A stretch of 64,000 nucleotides of DNA from contig JAIJEI010000001.1 in NCBI GenBank assembly GCA_022739095.1, forward strand, positions 102 through 64,101, read 5' to 3'. How positions within the stretch are numbered: position 1 is the stretch's first letter; each line of letters begins with the position of its first letter. Position numbers and translations under genes: made by a program. A model generated the notes under the pieces. The model did not search any database, had not been told where the DNA came from, and worked only from the letters and a program-made list of their open reading frames with translations. Origin of the DNA: Bifidobacterium sp. GTDB taxonomy: Bacteria > Actinomycetota > Actinomycetes > Actinomycetales > Bifidobacteriaceae. This document shows positions 36,689 to 46,863 of this stretch, piece by piece.

Positions 36689-38005
36689 ATGTTGAAACGC
36701 AAGGCATATCAGCGTATTGCTTTCTGGAAAGAGCATAAGACCAACCAAGCATTGCTCATTACTGGTGCACGGCAGGTTGGGAAGACGTATCTGGTTGAGG
36801 AATTTGGGCAGAACGAGTATGAGCATATGGCTGAGTTCAACCTATTGCTTGATGACAGCGTGCGTCGTTCGTTTGCGCAAGCCACCAATCCCGATGATTT
36901 GATGCTGCGTATTTCTGTTGCTGCACAAGGGCCGTTGGTTGTAGGGAAGACGCTTATCTTCATTGATGAAATTCAAGCATGTCCACAGATTGTCACTTTT
37001 ATCAAAGGACTGGTGGACCGGGGAGACTATGACTATATTCTTTCCGGCTCATTATTGGGCGTAGAACTGGAGGATGTGCGCTCCCTGCCTGTCGGATACT
37101 TGGATGAATTTATCATGTATCCACTGGATTTTGAAGAATTCTGTTGGGCACTGGGACTGTCGGAAACCGTCTTCGACATTGTTCGTGACAGTTACGGTGC
37201 CGTAAAACTCGTTCCTGATTTTGTCCATCAGCGTTTGACGGATTTGTTCCACCGGTATCTGTTAGTCGGTGGTATGCCGGCTGCAGTGACTTCGTTTGTT
37301 GAGAGCAAGGTCATCGATCCAGTGCGTGCGATTCAGACCAATATTCGCGCATACTATGAGCATGACATTAAGCAGTATGCGCCGAAGGATAAGAGACTGG
37401 TCATTCAAGAAATGTATCGACTTATCCCTAGTGAACTGCAAAGTCAAAATCGCAGATTCCAAGTCAGTTCTATTGCCGAAGTCAAACGATTCTCGCAGAT
37501 TGAAGATGAATTCCTTTGGCTTACCCGTGCTAATGTTGCGTTGCCCGTATTTAATGTTGCCGCCCCCGTGGCCCCGCTGAGAGCCAGCAAAGAACGTCGA
37601 TTGCTAAAACTGTTCTATTCCGATGTTGGATTGCTGACCAGCTCGTATGGAAAAAAGTCAGCACTGGGCATACTGGATGGTCAGGCTGCGATGAACATGG
37701 GGGGAGTCTATGAGAATGTCGTGGCTCAGGAACTTACCGCGCATGGATTCACCAATCTGTATTACTTTACGAAAAAAGGAATTGGCGAACTGGATTTCCT
37801 GATAGAGACCGATGATGGTGATGTTTTGGCCCTGGAGATTAAGTCGGGCAGATATTACCGTTCTCATGCGGCGCTTGACAATGCGTTGAGCGCTGACGGC
37901 TACACCATTGACAAGGCGATGGTGTTCGCGGAAACCAACGTGTTCCAAGAGGAAGGCGTCACATATTTGCCGATGTATATGCTCACGATGCTGGTTAATG
38001 AGTGA
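36689..38005 (+). CDS. AAA+ ATPase (AAA_14-type) with C-terminal DUF4143/PD-(D/E)xK-like domain
   Basis: ITGARQVGKT, IFIDEIQ, GGMPA, KLFYSDVGLL, YENVVAQEL, ELDFLI..LEIKSG; visibly AT-richer than neighbours. Confidence 0.88.
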   Translation: MLKRKAYQRIAFWKEHKTNQALLITGARQVGKTYLVEEFGQNEYEHMAEFNLLLDDSVRRSFAQATNPDDLMLRISVAAQGPLVVGKTLIFIDEIQACPQIVTFIKGLVDRGDYDYILSGSLLGVELEDVRSLPVGYLDEFIMYPLDFEEFCWALGLSETVFDIVRDSYGAVKLVPDFVHQRLTDLFHRYLLVGGMPAAVTSFVESKVIDPVRAIQTNIRAYYEHDIKQYAPKDKRLVIQEMYRLIPSELQSQNRRFQVSSIAEVKRFSQIEDEFLWLTRANVALPVFNVAAPVAPLRASKERRLLKLFYSDVGLLTSSYGKKSALGILDGQAAMNMGGVYENVVAQELTAHGFTNLYYFTKKGIGELDFLIETDDGDVLALEIKSGRYYRSHAALDNALSADGYTIDKAMVFAETNVFQEEGVTYLPMYMLTMLVNE

Positions 38006-38206
38006 TCAGTGACTTGGTGGTGCGATGCAGGCGATATTTGTGATGGCGGTCGATAAGGAGGTGCTCAATGATTCTGTTGTCGGACCGGTTCCGAGCTGGT
38101 CATGAGGCGTCATTGGAAAGTTGCGGTGTGTAGGGTGGTGTCTTTGCCGAGAGCATAGTGTTCTATCATTGCATCTGCGTTTCGCTATTGTGGGAAGGTG
38201 TTGTAA

Positions 38207-40042
38207 ATGCTGATTGTCGCGGGATTCCGGCCGTTTTGTGATGCGGTGGCGACGTCGTGGTGGACGAGTGCGTATGCGTTGCGTAGGCGTCCGGTGCGTA
38301 CGGTGGTGATGTGGCTGTCGATGTTGGTGATGATGGCGATGCCGTCGTTGCAGGTGTGGCTGATCGGTTGGGCGTGCGGCCCGGACGGGCTTGGTATGGG
38401 GTCGGGGCTGGGCGTGGGCCGGTTCGCGGTGATCCTGGCGGTGCTGACGGTGGGCGCGGTGTTGATGTCGGTGTCGTCGTCGTTGGCGCAGAACATGCGT
38501 GACTTGTTGCAGGAGCCATTGATGGCCGAATACCAGTCCGATCTGACTGACGCGCTGGCGCGTCTGACTCCCGCGCAGACGTTGGACGACGAGGTGACGA
38601 CGCAGGTGCGGGCCGCGCGCGACGCGATCCCGTACAACGTGGCTTCGCAGGCCGCGGACGCGACCTCAGTGGTGGGCGCGCTGGCGTCGATGGTCATGCT
38701 GGCCGCGTCCTTGTGGCATATGCATCCGTTGGCGGCGCTGATGATCGCGTTGGCGATGGTCCCGGAGCTGTTGGCCCAGTTCGGCGTGGAGAAGCTCACG
38801 AACGAGTTATGGCCCAAGCGCGGCAGGGAGTCGCGTCGGGCGAACTATTTCGAGCGGTTGTTGGATTATCCTCCGTCGAGCACGGAGATCGCGGCCACGG
38901 CCGGTTCGTTCGGCATCCCTGCGCAGGCGCGCGTGCGCTATTTCAATATGGCCGGCATGTGGGAGCGTATCTCGTGGCGCACGGTGCAGTTGACCGGTGT
39001 GAGTTCGCTCGTGTTCGCCGTGCTGACGGGCGGCGCGTTCTGGCTGATCCTGACGTCCGGCCATGCGTCCGTGTCGAGCATCCCGGCCGCGTTGGTGGGC
39101 ATCATGACGGGATTGTCGGTCACGCGCACCACTGGCGAGGCGTTCGGCAACCTCATGGCGTCCACGCCGATGATCCTTGCCTACGAACGGCTCATGGGCC
39201 TGCTGCGCGCGAACCCTGCGATCCCCGAGACGACCGGTCCGGTCGGCGTGCACGTGGAGCATCTGACGTACGCGTATCCGACTGTTGCAAAGCATGACGA
39301 TGACGCGGATGACGCGTCGGCAGCGTCGGTTCCGGCCGTTCAGACTCCGGCGTTGGACGACGTGTCGTTGGATGTCGAAGCGGGATCGATCGTCGCGCTG
39401 GTGGGCGAGAACGGGTCGGGCAAGACCACGCTCGTCAAGCTCATCGCCGGCATCCTCGACGCCCCGGACGGCACCGTGACCCTGCCCTCGGGCGCGGACG
39501 GCGGGAACGGCCGTACCTTGGGGTCGTGGGCCGAACGGTTGGGCGCGTCGAGCATGGTGTTCCAGGATTTCACGCACATCGAGGTGACCGTGCGCGAGTT
39601 CATCGATCCCGCTCTGCGGCAATCGGACGATGAGTTATGTGACGGGTTGCGTCGCGCCCGCGCGCTCGACATCGTGGATGGGCTTCCCGGCGGCTTGGAT
39701 ACGCAGCTCGGTCAGGAGTGGGGCGGCGTTGGCCTGTCCGGCGGGCAATGGCAGCGGCTTGCGCTGGCCCGCACGTTCCTGTCCGGCAAGCCGTTGTGGA
39801 TACTCGACGAGCCGACCGCCGCGGTCGACGCCACCGCCGAGGCCGCGATCTACCATGATCTGATCGCCGACCGTCCGGCGGGCACCACTGTGATCGTCAT
39901 CAGCCACCGGCCCCGCGTGCTAACCGGCATGGACCGGATTATCGTCCTCGACCACGGCCACGTCAATGAAACCGGCACCTACCGTCAACTGGTCGACAGC
40001 AACGGCACCTTCGCCCGTCTCGCACACGACAGCCTCGAATGA
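38207..40042 (+). CDS. ABC exporter, fused TM plus ATP-binding (start uncertain)
   Basis: GENGSGKTT, LSGGQWQRLALAR, LDEPTAAVD; several hydrophobic helices. Confidence 0.82.
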   Translation: MLIVAGFRPFCDAVATSWWTSAYALRRRPVRTVVMWLSMLVMMAMPSLQVWLIGWACGPDGLGMGSGLGVGRFAVILAVLTVGAVLMSVSSSLAQNMRDLLQEPLMAEYQSDLTDALARLTPAQTLDDEVTTQVRAARDAIPYNVASQAADATSVVGALASMVMLAASLWHMHPLAALMIALAMVPELLAQFGVEKLTNELWPKRGRESRRANYFERLLDYPPSSTEIAATAGSFGIPAQARVRYFNMAGMWERISWRTVQLTGVSSLVFAVLTGGAFWLILTSGHASVSSIPAALVGIMTGLSVTRTTGEAFGNLMASTPMILAYERLMGLLRANPAIPETTGPVGVHVEHLTYAYPTVAKHDDDADDASAASVPAVQTPALDDVSLDVEAGSIVALVGENGSGKTTLVKLIAGILDAPDGTVTLPSGADGGNGRTLGSWAERLGASSMVFQDFTHIEVTVREFIDPALRQSDDELCDGLRRARALDIVDGLPGGLDTQLGQEWGGVGLSGGQWQRLALARTFLSGKPLWILDEPTAAVDATAEAAIYHDLIADRPAGTTVIVISHRPRVLTGMDRIIVLDHGHVNETGTYRQLVDSNGTFARLAHDSLE

Positions 40043-40333
40043 GCTCGATGGCATATCCGGTTGATGGTTGAAAACTCAGTGGCCGGCCGACAGATTCGTC
40101 CGACGAGGCTCGCGCGAGTGATCATAGCGCGGGTCGCGTCGGATATGCGGGAGATGGCGCGCCTTATATCAAAAGCGATGATTTTCGAATAAGGACACGG
40201 CCCCATCAGCCGGTCGCGGGTACTACAGTGAACCACAACGTTCCTCCCCCGATGGTTTGGGGAAACACAGAAAGAGGGAGGAACGATTCCAGGAGCATTC
40301 GCTCCGTTGCCATGCAGCAGTAAGGGGAAATTC

Positions 40334-41085
40334 ATGACTGCATCAACCACCGCGGTACCATCAACGGTATCCGCCAGCACCGGAAAGTCCGGTAGCGCAA
40401 CAACCAACTCAGCCGCACGCTGGGATTCACCGATCTAGTCACCTATGGACTGATCTTCATGATTCCGGTGGCACCGGTCGCGTTCTACGGCTCTCAAGTC
40501 GCCGGCGCGCACGGTCTGGTGGCCACCGCGTATCTTAACCTCGCTGGTACCCGGTGTGCCGGCTTGGGACTGGACGATAGTGATCATCGCCGCCATCACC
40601 ACTATTTCCGTATCATCACCTCGATTCTGATCATCGGCGTGATTTTCGTGGTGCTCACATTCCTTGCCGGATCGGTGCAGCCCGATTACACCAAAATCGA
40701 TCCGAACAGCGGCTTCCTCGATATTCTGGGCATCGTAGGCGGCAAACCGTTGCAACAGTATGCCAGCATCGTGGTGGTGCTTTCGTTCTCGCTGGCCTCC
40801 GGTGAGGAATGCATCACTTCGGTGTCCCGCATCCTGTACGCGGTCGGACGCGACGGCATCCTTCCTCGCCGTTTCGGCAAGCTGAACGACAAGATCCATA
40901 CTCCGGTGGTCGCCCCGCTTATCGGCACCGGCGTCAGCGTCTGGATCTTCACCGGTCTGGGGCCGCTCGCTTGGAGCGTCGGCATCGTTTGGTTGGTAGT
41001 CGGCCTGATCATCATTGCGATTCGCACCGGCTTCTTCCGCAAGAAGCTGGGTGCCAGCGAGAACCTTCAGGAGTATTTCGCCTGA
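40334..41085 (+). pseudogene. APC-family (PuuP-like) amino-acid/polyamine permease, frameshifted and internally deleted
   Basis: LSRTLGFTDLVTYGLIFMIPVAP N-terminal motif and SRILYAVGRDGILP..FGKL..TP; far too short. Confidence 0.72.
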
Positions 41086-41183
41086 ATCGGGCTTGTCGTC
41101 CATCCGCATTCCGCCTCAGCTACTCATATCGATAACTTACTAACAATCCATTCATTGTCTTCTTACCAGTAAAGGAAACCGCC

Positions 41184-41435
41184 ATGTCCAACTTCATTCC
41201 CAACACCGTTTCCGCAGAACGCAAGCCCGTGGACATCGTCACCGGCACCTATGTGGACTATGCCGGCGTGACCCGTGCCAAATCCGTTCCCGCCCGCAGG
41301 CGTGAAGCCTTCGAACGCAACGGATTGGGCGCCGCCCTGGTCTGGGTGGTGTTCGGCGCGGACAACTCGTTCGCCGAAAACGAGAAATTCAACGTGTCCG
41401 GCGATCTGCGCCTGCACCTTGACACTTCCGCTTCT
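41184..41435 (+). pseudogene. N-terminal fragment of a glutamine-synthetase-like protein
   Basis: YVDYAGVTRAKSVP and GDLRL motifs; RBS AAAGGA. Confidence 0.7.
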
Positions 41436-41772
41436 GCATTGCGTGCCATACGAGCGTGAAGCGGCGTTTCTCTGCTCGGTGCATGCCAACGTATACATGG
41501 ATGTCAGCCTTGCCAATCCGCATATGGGAGCGCAGGTGAGGGAGGTGCTGCGTAATGTTCTGGCGTGGTGCGCATTTGACAAGTTGCTCTATGCGTCGGA
41601 CGGCGTCGGCATCAGTGAATTGCATTATCTGGCCGCGGTGCTGTTCCGCAGGTATATTGCGCGAATCGCCATCGACTGGGTATCGGATGGCGCATGGAAC
41701 GCGAATCAGGCGAAACGGGTTATCGACGCCATCGCGCATGCCAATGCGGAACGGCTATACGGTTTGGCGTGA
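41432..41772 (+). pseudogene. C-terminal fragment of an amidohydrolase-2 (FluG N-domain-like) protein
   Basis: LLHCVPYEREAAFL..NVYMDVSL, KLLYASDG, ANAERLYGL. Confidence 0.7.
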
Positions 41773-41793
41773 ACGGGCACTTCGCCGGTGCCG

Positions 41794-42639
41794 TCACTTC
41801 CCGAGGAACGCCGGGATGGCTTCAGCCGCCGCGTATCCCTTGCGGTACATCATCTCCAGGCCCTCGAAGTTCTTCTTCAGGGTGTTGAGGCCGTACAAAT
41901 CTTCGGGTGCGAGGATCAGCACTTTGCCTTCCGCCTCATAATGCTTGGCGAGTTCGATTTCGTCGTTGTAGGTCTTGTAACGCATGCGCAGCTTCTCAGC
42001 CGCAGCGGGGTGGGAGCGTTCGAGAATGCGGGCCGGAGCCAGATCCTTTTGCTGTTTGCGCACTTCGCTACGCAAGCGGGAAAGAATTAGAATCACGCGC
42101 TCATAACCATCATCCAACGCCTTCTGCACCGGAACCGGATCGGCGATGCCGCCATCGAAATACGGCACACCATCCACTACATACGGCTCGCAGGCCACTG
42201 GTACGGCGGACGAAGCCTTGATGATGTCGAAATCATCAAAACGCACGCGCGATTTGTCGAAATACTTGGTCGAGCCGTCCTCGGCATTGCAGGCCACCAC
42301 GGTGAATCCGGTCGGATTGGCCTCGAACGCCGCAAAATCCACAGGATTCTCACCGTCATGGTTGCTCAGCGTGCCATAGATATAGTCGAGATTGGCGAAG
42401 TTGCGGTTCTTGAAATAGCTCTCCGCGCTCGCATACTCCTTGCGGAAGGCGTATTTGGTGTAGAAGGTGTGGTTGCGGCCGTGCTGGCGGGCGATGAACG
42501 AGGTCATATTGGCCGCGCCGGCGGAAACGCCGTAGCACATATCCACGTCGATGCCGTCCTCCAGCATGCGGTCCATAACGCCGCAGCCGAAAATTGCGCG
42601 GAACCCGCCGCCGACATCAATCATCGCCGTCTTTGCCAT
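41794..42639 (-). CDS. Patatin-family phospholipase
   Basis: GGGFRA, GVSAG nucleophile, DGG motif. Confidence 0.9.
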   Translation of the reverse strand: MAKTAMIDVGGGFRAIFGCGVMDRMLEDGIDVDMCYGVSAGAANMTSFIARQHGRNHTFYTKYAFRKEYASAESYFKNRNFANLDYIYGTLSNHDGENPVDFAAFEANPTGFTVVACNAEDGSTKYFDKSRVRFDDFDIIKASSAVPVACEPYVVDGVPYFDGGIADPVPVQKALDDGYERVILILSRLRSEVRKQQKDLAPARILERSHPAAAEKLRMRYKTYNDEIELAKHYEAEGKVLILAPEDLYGLNTLKKNFEGLEMMYRKGYAAAEAIPAFLGK

Positions 42640-42798
42640 ACCAAACCCCCTGTTTCGCTGAATATGTTCGAGCTTACGCGCGCGGCTTGGACAACGATAT
42701 GGGCACTGTGCCACCGATATGTCTAACGATGGCTCTTCTTCAATTAAAGGCGGACTCCGTCTGCGGATTGTTGACTTCCTATCGTTCATTCTTCGCCT

Positions 42799-42852
42799 GT
42801 GAACAGTCCACTGGACTGTTCACTTCACGGCTCAGTCCCAAAGAGGGGAGCC
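42799..42852. repeat. REP-like palindrome
   Basis: GTGAACAGTCCA-C-TGGACTGTTCAC followed by GAGGGGAG; related sequence at 61674-61788. Confidence 0.55.
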
Positions 42853-42861
42853 AAGGAAAGG

Positions 42862-43656
42862 TCATGTGTTCAGCAAATCATGCGAGAGCCGGGCGATGCG
42901 GTCGGACCGGTCGGAATTGGCGAGCTCCACATCGCCGATCGCGCCTTCGGGCGCCAGCTCGCCCAACGATTCCAACACCACACCTAGGTGGCGCACGGTG
43001 CCCTCATTGCCGTCGATGACGGCGGCCCGTTCAGGCAGCAGCTCGCGGAAGTAGTCGCGGTAAAACACGAAATGAGTGCAGCCCAGCACCACCGAGTCGA
43101 TGTGCTCCATATCGTATTGATCGAAGTAGCCGTGCAGCGTGCGCATCACCAGATCATGGTCGCCGAGCCGCCCGGACTCCACGATTTCCACCAGGTCGGG
43201 GCAAGGCTCTTTGAAAATCGTGTTCTGCGAGTCGAACCGATCCATGAGTGTGGCGAACTTCCGCTCACGCAAAGTCAGGGGAGTGGCCGCCACAATCACT
43301 CTCTGAGGAATATGATGCGGGTCGGAAGGCACGTCACCACGGTCGCACGCCACTTTCAGGGCCGGCTCCATGCCGATGATCGGAATATCGTAGTGTTCGC
43401 GCAAATCGTTCACCGCGGCGGAAGTGGCGGTGTTGCATGCGATGACCACGGCCTTGACGTCTTGACGCACGAACCGTTCGACAATATCGAAACTCAGGGT
43501 CCTCACCTGCTCAGGCGTCTTGATACCGTACGGGGCGTTGGCCGAATCGCCAAAATACAGCACATGCTCGGCCGGCATATCCCTGGCGATTTGGCGAGCC
43601 ACGGAAATACCACCAAGACCCGAATCGAATACGCCGATTGGAGCCGAAGAGCTCAT
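42862..43656 (-). CDS. murI: Glutamate racemase
   Basis: [24 protein letters not shown]. Confidence 0.95.
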   Translation of the reverse strand: MSSSAPIGVFDSGLGGISVARQIARDMPAEHVLYFGDSANAPYGIKTPEQVRTLSFDIVERFVRQDVKAVVIACNTATSAAVNDLREHYDIPIIGMEPALKVACDRGDVPSDPHHIPQRVIVAATPLTLRERKFATLMDRFDSQNTIFKEPCPDLVEIVESGRLGDHDLVMRTLHGYFDQYDMEHIDSVVLGCTHFVFYRDYFRELLPERAAVIDGNEGTVRHLGVVLESLGELAPEGAIGDVELANSDRSDRIARLSHDLLNT

Positions 43657-43763
43657 GCCTGAATCCTCCCTATAGCCATGCCTGCAACCGTATGTTGCCG
43701 CGAACCGGACACAAAGCCGATTTTCAGCGGTGTTGTTTCGCTCCCTAGAGTACTCTGAAAGCC

Positions 43764-44657
43764 ATGAGTCTTCCGCAACGAGTAACCAAGACACACGCAA
43801 CCGGCAATGATTTCGTGGTGTACCTCGACAAGTCCGGCACATTTGAGCCTACCGCCGATGAGGTTCGATTCCTGTGCGACCGTCATTTCGGCATTGGTGG
43901 TGACGGCCTGATTCGTCTGACCCGTCCTGAGTTCGTGTCCGACCTAAGCGATGACCAGGTTTCGGCTGTGCTAGCCGGGGACGCGAAATGGTTCATGGAC
44001 TATCGCAACGCGGATGGATCGTTGGCGGAGATGTGCGGCAATGGTACACGCGCAATCACCTTGTTCGCTCAGCGCGAGGGTGTGGCCGACTCCACCGAGC
44101 CGTTCCGCCTCGGCACCCGTGCCGGCGTCAAGATCCTGACTCCACGCGGCAATATGAGGCCGTACGGAGACAACGTGTTCCAAGTCGAAATGGGGGAGTG
44201 GAAGATCGGCGAAACCGACGCCTACGATGTCACCATCCCCGGTACTGAGGGCTCGGCGCGCGGCACATTCGTGGATATGGGCAACCCGCATGTGGTCGCG
44301 GTGATCGAGGATGCCTTCGCGTCCCTGCCGGTGGTTGAATCCTTGGATTTGGTCACCAAGCCCGTGGTGGCTCCGGTCATCGAATCCGACCAGAACGTGG
44401 AATTCGTGCGGGTCGACGACATCGACCAGAACACCGGCGTGGGTGAAGCCACGATGCGCGTCAACGAACGTGGCTGCGGCGAAACCCTGTCCTGCGGCAC
44501 CGGCCTGTGTGCCACAGGCGTTGTGCTGCGGGCCAAGACCGGCATCAGCCACTGGGACATCACCGTGCGCGGCGGCACCCTGCGTGTGGACGTCACCGAC
44601 AGTGACGTGAAGCTGACCGGCGCGGCCACACTGGTCGCCGACATCAACCTGTTGTAA
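43764..44657 (+). CDS. dapF: Diaminopimelate epimerase
   Basis: [34 protein letters not shown]. Confidence 0.95.
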   Translation: MSLPQRVTKTHATGNDFVVYLDKSGTFEPTADEVRFLCDRHFGIGGDGLIRLTRPEFVSDLSDDQVSAVLAGDAKWFMDYRNADGSLAEMCGNGTRAITLFAQREGVADSTEPFRLGTRAGVKILTPRGNMRPYGDNVFQVEMGEWKIGETDAYDVTIPGTEGSARGTFVDMGNPHVVAVIEDAFASLPVVESLDLVTKPVVAPVIESDQNVEFVRVDDIDQNTGVGEATMRVNERGCGETLSCGTGLCATGVVLRAKTGISHWDITVRGGTLRVDVTDSDVKLTGAATLVADINLL

Positions 44658-44662
44658 GGGAA

Positions 44663-45403
44663 TCAGGCAGCGAACAGGGCCGCGCCTTCGGTGACGATGA
44701 TGAGTACCACGATCGCCACGATCCACAGTATGTCGACCATGAGGTCGATGTTGAGGCGGTAATACTTATTGAGTCCGGCCGGCACCGCCGCGACCTCAGC
44801 CTCACCGTCGCTATCATCAGCCGCCACGGCCTTACGTGACGGCAATCCCTGCACGGCCACGGTCGCATGGCTCAGCGCCATGAACTGGATGGTGGTGGAG
44901 AACATCAGGGTCAGGCACCACGGGCACAGCGCGTGAATCACGAACAGCGACTGCGTGCTCAGCCAGTACGAGTAGGCCAAAGCGGCCAGTCCGCCCAGCC
45001 ACGTGCAGGTCGCGAACCAACGCGGCACCTTCACACGCGCCAGACCGATCACCGCGATGGTAATGAACACCGATTCGGCGGCGATGCCGAAGAACGCGTT
45101 CGGATAGCTCAGCCCGCCGAACTTCACGATTTCCGCCTGCCAGGACTGGGCCACCGCCGAACAGGACACCACCGAGTTCAGATCGCAGCCGAGCGCGGAC
45201 TCCGGATGCCTAGCCAACTGCAAAGTCTCGGCGGACAGAATGAGCGAGGCCCCCAATGCCACTGCCGAGGCAATCAGCATGATGAGATATGTCCAAGTGG
45301 CACTGTGACGCCATCCAATCAACGGTCGCGCCTCCGCCAAGCCAAGCGGCGTGGTGTTCGTGGTGCTGGATGATGTGTCGGTTGCGGTGTTACGAGTCAT
45401 CAT
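44663..45403 (-). CDS. Vitamin K epoxide reductase (VKOR) family membrane protein
   Basis: CDLNSVVSC loop cysteines, LCPWC motif, TM helices. Confidence 0.9.
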   Translation of the reverse strand: MMTRNTATDTSSSTTNTTPLGLAEARPLIGWRHSATWTYLIMLIASAVALGASLILSAETLQLARHPESALGCDLNSVVSCSAVAQSWQAEIVKFGGLSYPNAFFGIAAESVFITIAVIGLARVKVPRWFATCTWLGGLAALAYSYWLSTQSLFVIHALCPWCLTLMFSTTIQFMALSHATVAVQGLPSRKAVAADDSDGEAEVAAVPAGLNKYYRLNIDLMVDILWIVAIVVLIIVTEGAALFAA

Positions 45404-45537
45404 GTCCCTTTCGATAGCGCTGCACTCCAGATTAGCCTCTGCGGTTGTCAGCTGAGTGCCGGATGTCTGGTTTCGGCCGTTGGCAGAAGGTTACGACCCG
45501 TCTGCGCCTTGCGTGGGAATGCTGAAATGAGGTTACG

Positions 45538-46431
45538 ATGGAAGGTATGACTGGATATGTGATGCCTTTGGAACCGCCCGCCGTCGGGTGGGACATCCAC
45601 TGCCATACCGCCTTCTCGGATGGCACGGAAACGCCGGCCACGTTGGCCGAACAGTCCAAGGCATTGGGGCTCAAGGGCATGGCCATTTCCGATCATGACA
45701 CCACCGCTGGCTGGCCGGAGGCCGAAGCCGCGGCCCATAGGGTCGGTTTGCCGTTACTCCGCGGCACCGAGATCACCGCCACGGATGAGAACGTCTCCGT
45801 ACACATGCTCGGCTACCAGTATGATCCCACGAATCAGCACATCACTGACTTGTTCGCCAATACTCGAGCCGCACGGTTGCAACGCACGCAGCGCATGGTC
45901 GAATTGTTGTCTCGTGATTATCCGGTTACCTGGCAATCCGTGCTCGTCCAAGTCAAGGAGGGTGGCAAAACCACCATTGGTCGGCCTCACATCGCTGATG
46001 CTTTGGTGAGTGCCGGCGTATATCGGACTCGTTCGGAAGCGTTTGCGGATGCGGTCAGCGCCTCATCCAAATACTATATTCCCACGCCCTCGCCGACCTC
46101 TCATGAAGTGGTGGCCGCCGTCAAGGGGGCGGGTGGCGTGATTCTGATCGCCCATGCCGGTGATGTGAGCCGTAACCGCAGACTGCTGTCCGATGACCAG
46201 ATCGAGGCATTGATCAGCGAGGGACTGGACGGGCTGGAGGTATGGCACCGAGGCAATTCACCGGAGCAACGAGAACGGCTGCTTGCCATCTGCCGTCGGC
46301 ACCAGCTGCTGGTCACCGGTGGATCTGATTGGCATGGCAAAGGCAAGCCGAACAGACTGGGGGAGAACCTCACCGATGAGGCCACTGTCGAAGAGATCGT
46401 TCATCGCGGCGTGCTTCCGCTATATCGGTGA
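45538..46431 (+). CDS. PHP domain phosphoesterase
   Basis: DIHCHTAFSDG, SDHD, GRPHIA, TGGSDWHG. Confidence 0.9.
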   Translation: MEGMTGYVMPLEPPAVGWDIHCHTAFSDGTETPATLAEQSKALGLKGMAISDHDTTAGWPEAEAAAHRVGLPLLRGTEITATDENVSVHMLGYQYDPTNQHITDLFANTRAARLQRTQRMVELLSRDYPVTWQSVLVQVKEGGKTTIGRPHIADALVSAGVYRTRSEAFADAVSASSKYYIPTPSPTSHEVVAAVKGAGGVILIAHAGDVSRNRRLLSDDQIEALISEGLDGLEVWHRGNSPEQRERLLAICRRHQLLVTGGSDWHGKGKPNRLGENLTDEATVEEIVHRGVLPLYR

Positions 46432-46444
46432 TTCGGCAATACAA

Positions 46445-46476
46445 AAGCGTCCTTGAGATAATGCTCAAGGACGCTT
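46445..46476. terminator. Bidirectional terminator
   Basis: AAGCGTCCTTGAG / CTCAAGGACGCTT between convergent genes. Confidence 0.8.
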
Positions 46477-46491
46477 ATGCGCGATTTATGG

Positions 46492-46716
46492 TCACAGCGT
46501 GCCGAAGCCGACGGCGTGCTTGGTTTCGGAGCCGATGATCGCGTAACCGAGTGCCTTGGCGGGCACGATGATGCGACGGCCCTTGTCGTCGGTCAGATCG
46601 ATCGTCGCATTGTCGGCCACGGCCTGCGCGATGGCCTGGCTCACATTGTCGGCTGATTCGTCGGTGCTGAAGTTCACCGGTCGTGCCACGTTCTGAATGC
46701 CCAGTTCGATATCCAT
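46492..46716 (-). CDS. DUF3107 family protein
   Basis: MDIELGIQNVARPV..LTDDKGRRIIVP..VGFG Actinobacterial pattern; RBS AAGGAG. Confidence 0.85.
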   Translation of the reverse strand: MDIELGIQNVARPVNFSTDESADNVSQAIAQAVADNATIDLTDDKGRRIIVPAKALGYAIIGSETKHAVGFGTL

Positions 46717-46863
46717 ATAAGGCTCCTTGTTCTGCCGTCTTTGTGACGAACATCATGGTAAGTGGCCGTCGCCGGCCGAGGTCTGTACTCTATTGTGCCG
46801 CGTGTCTGCGTCGTCATGTGCGGTGTTACGCGCTCGGCGTGGCGCGGAACACCGCACACGACA

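Noticed and set aside
38068..38133. 21-aa ORF with strong RBS as a peptide substrate of the ABC exporter
   Set aside because: No leader or bacteriocin features and no modifying enzymes; cannot be supported
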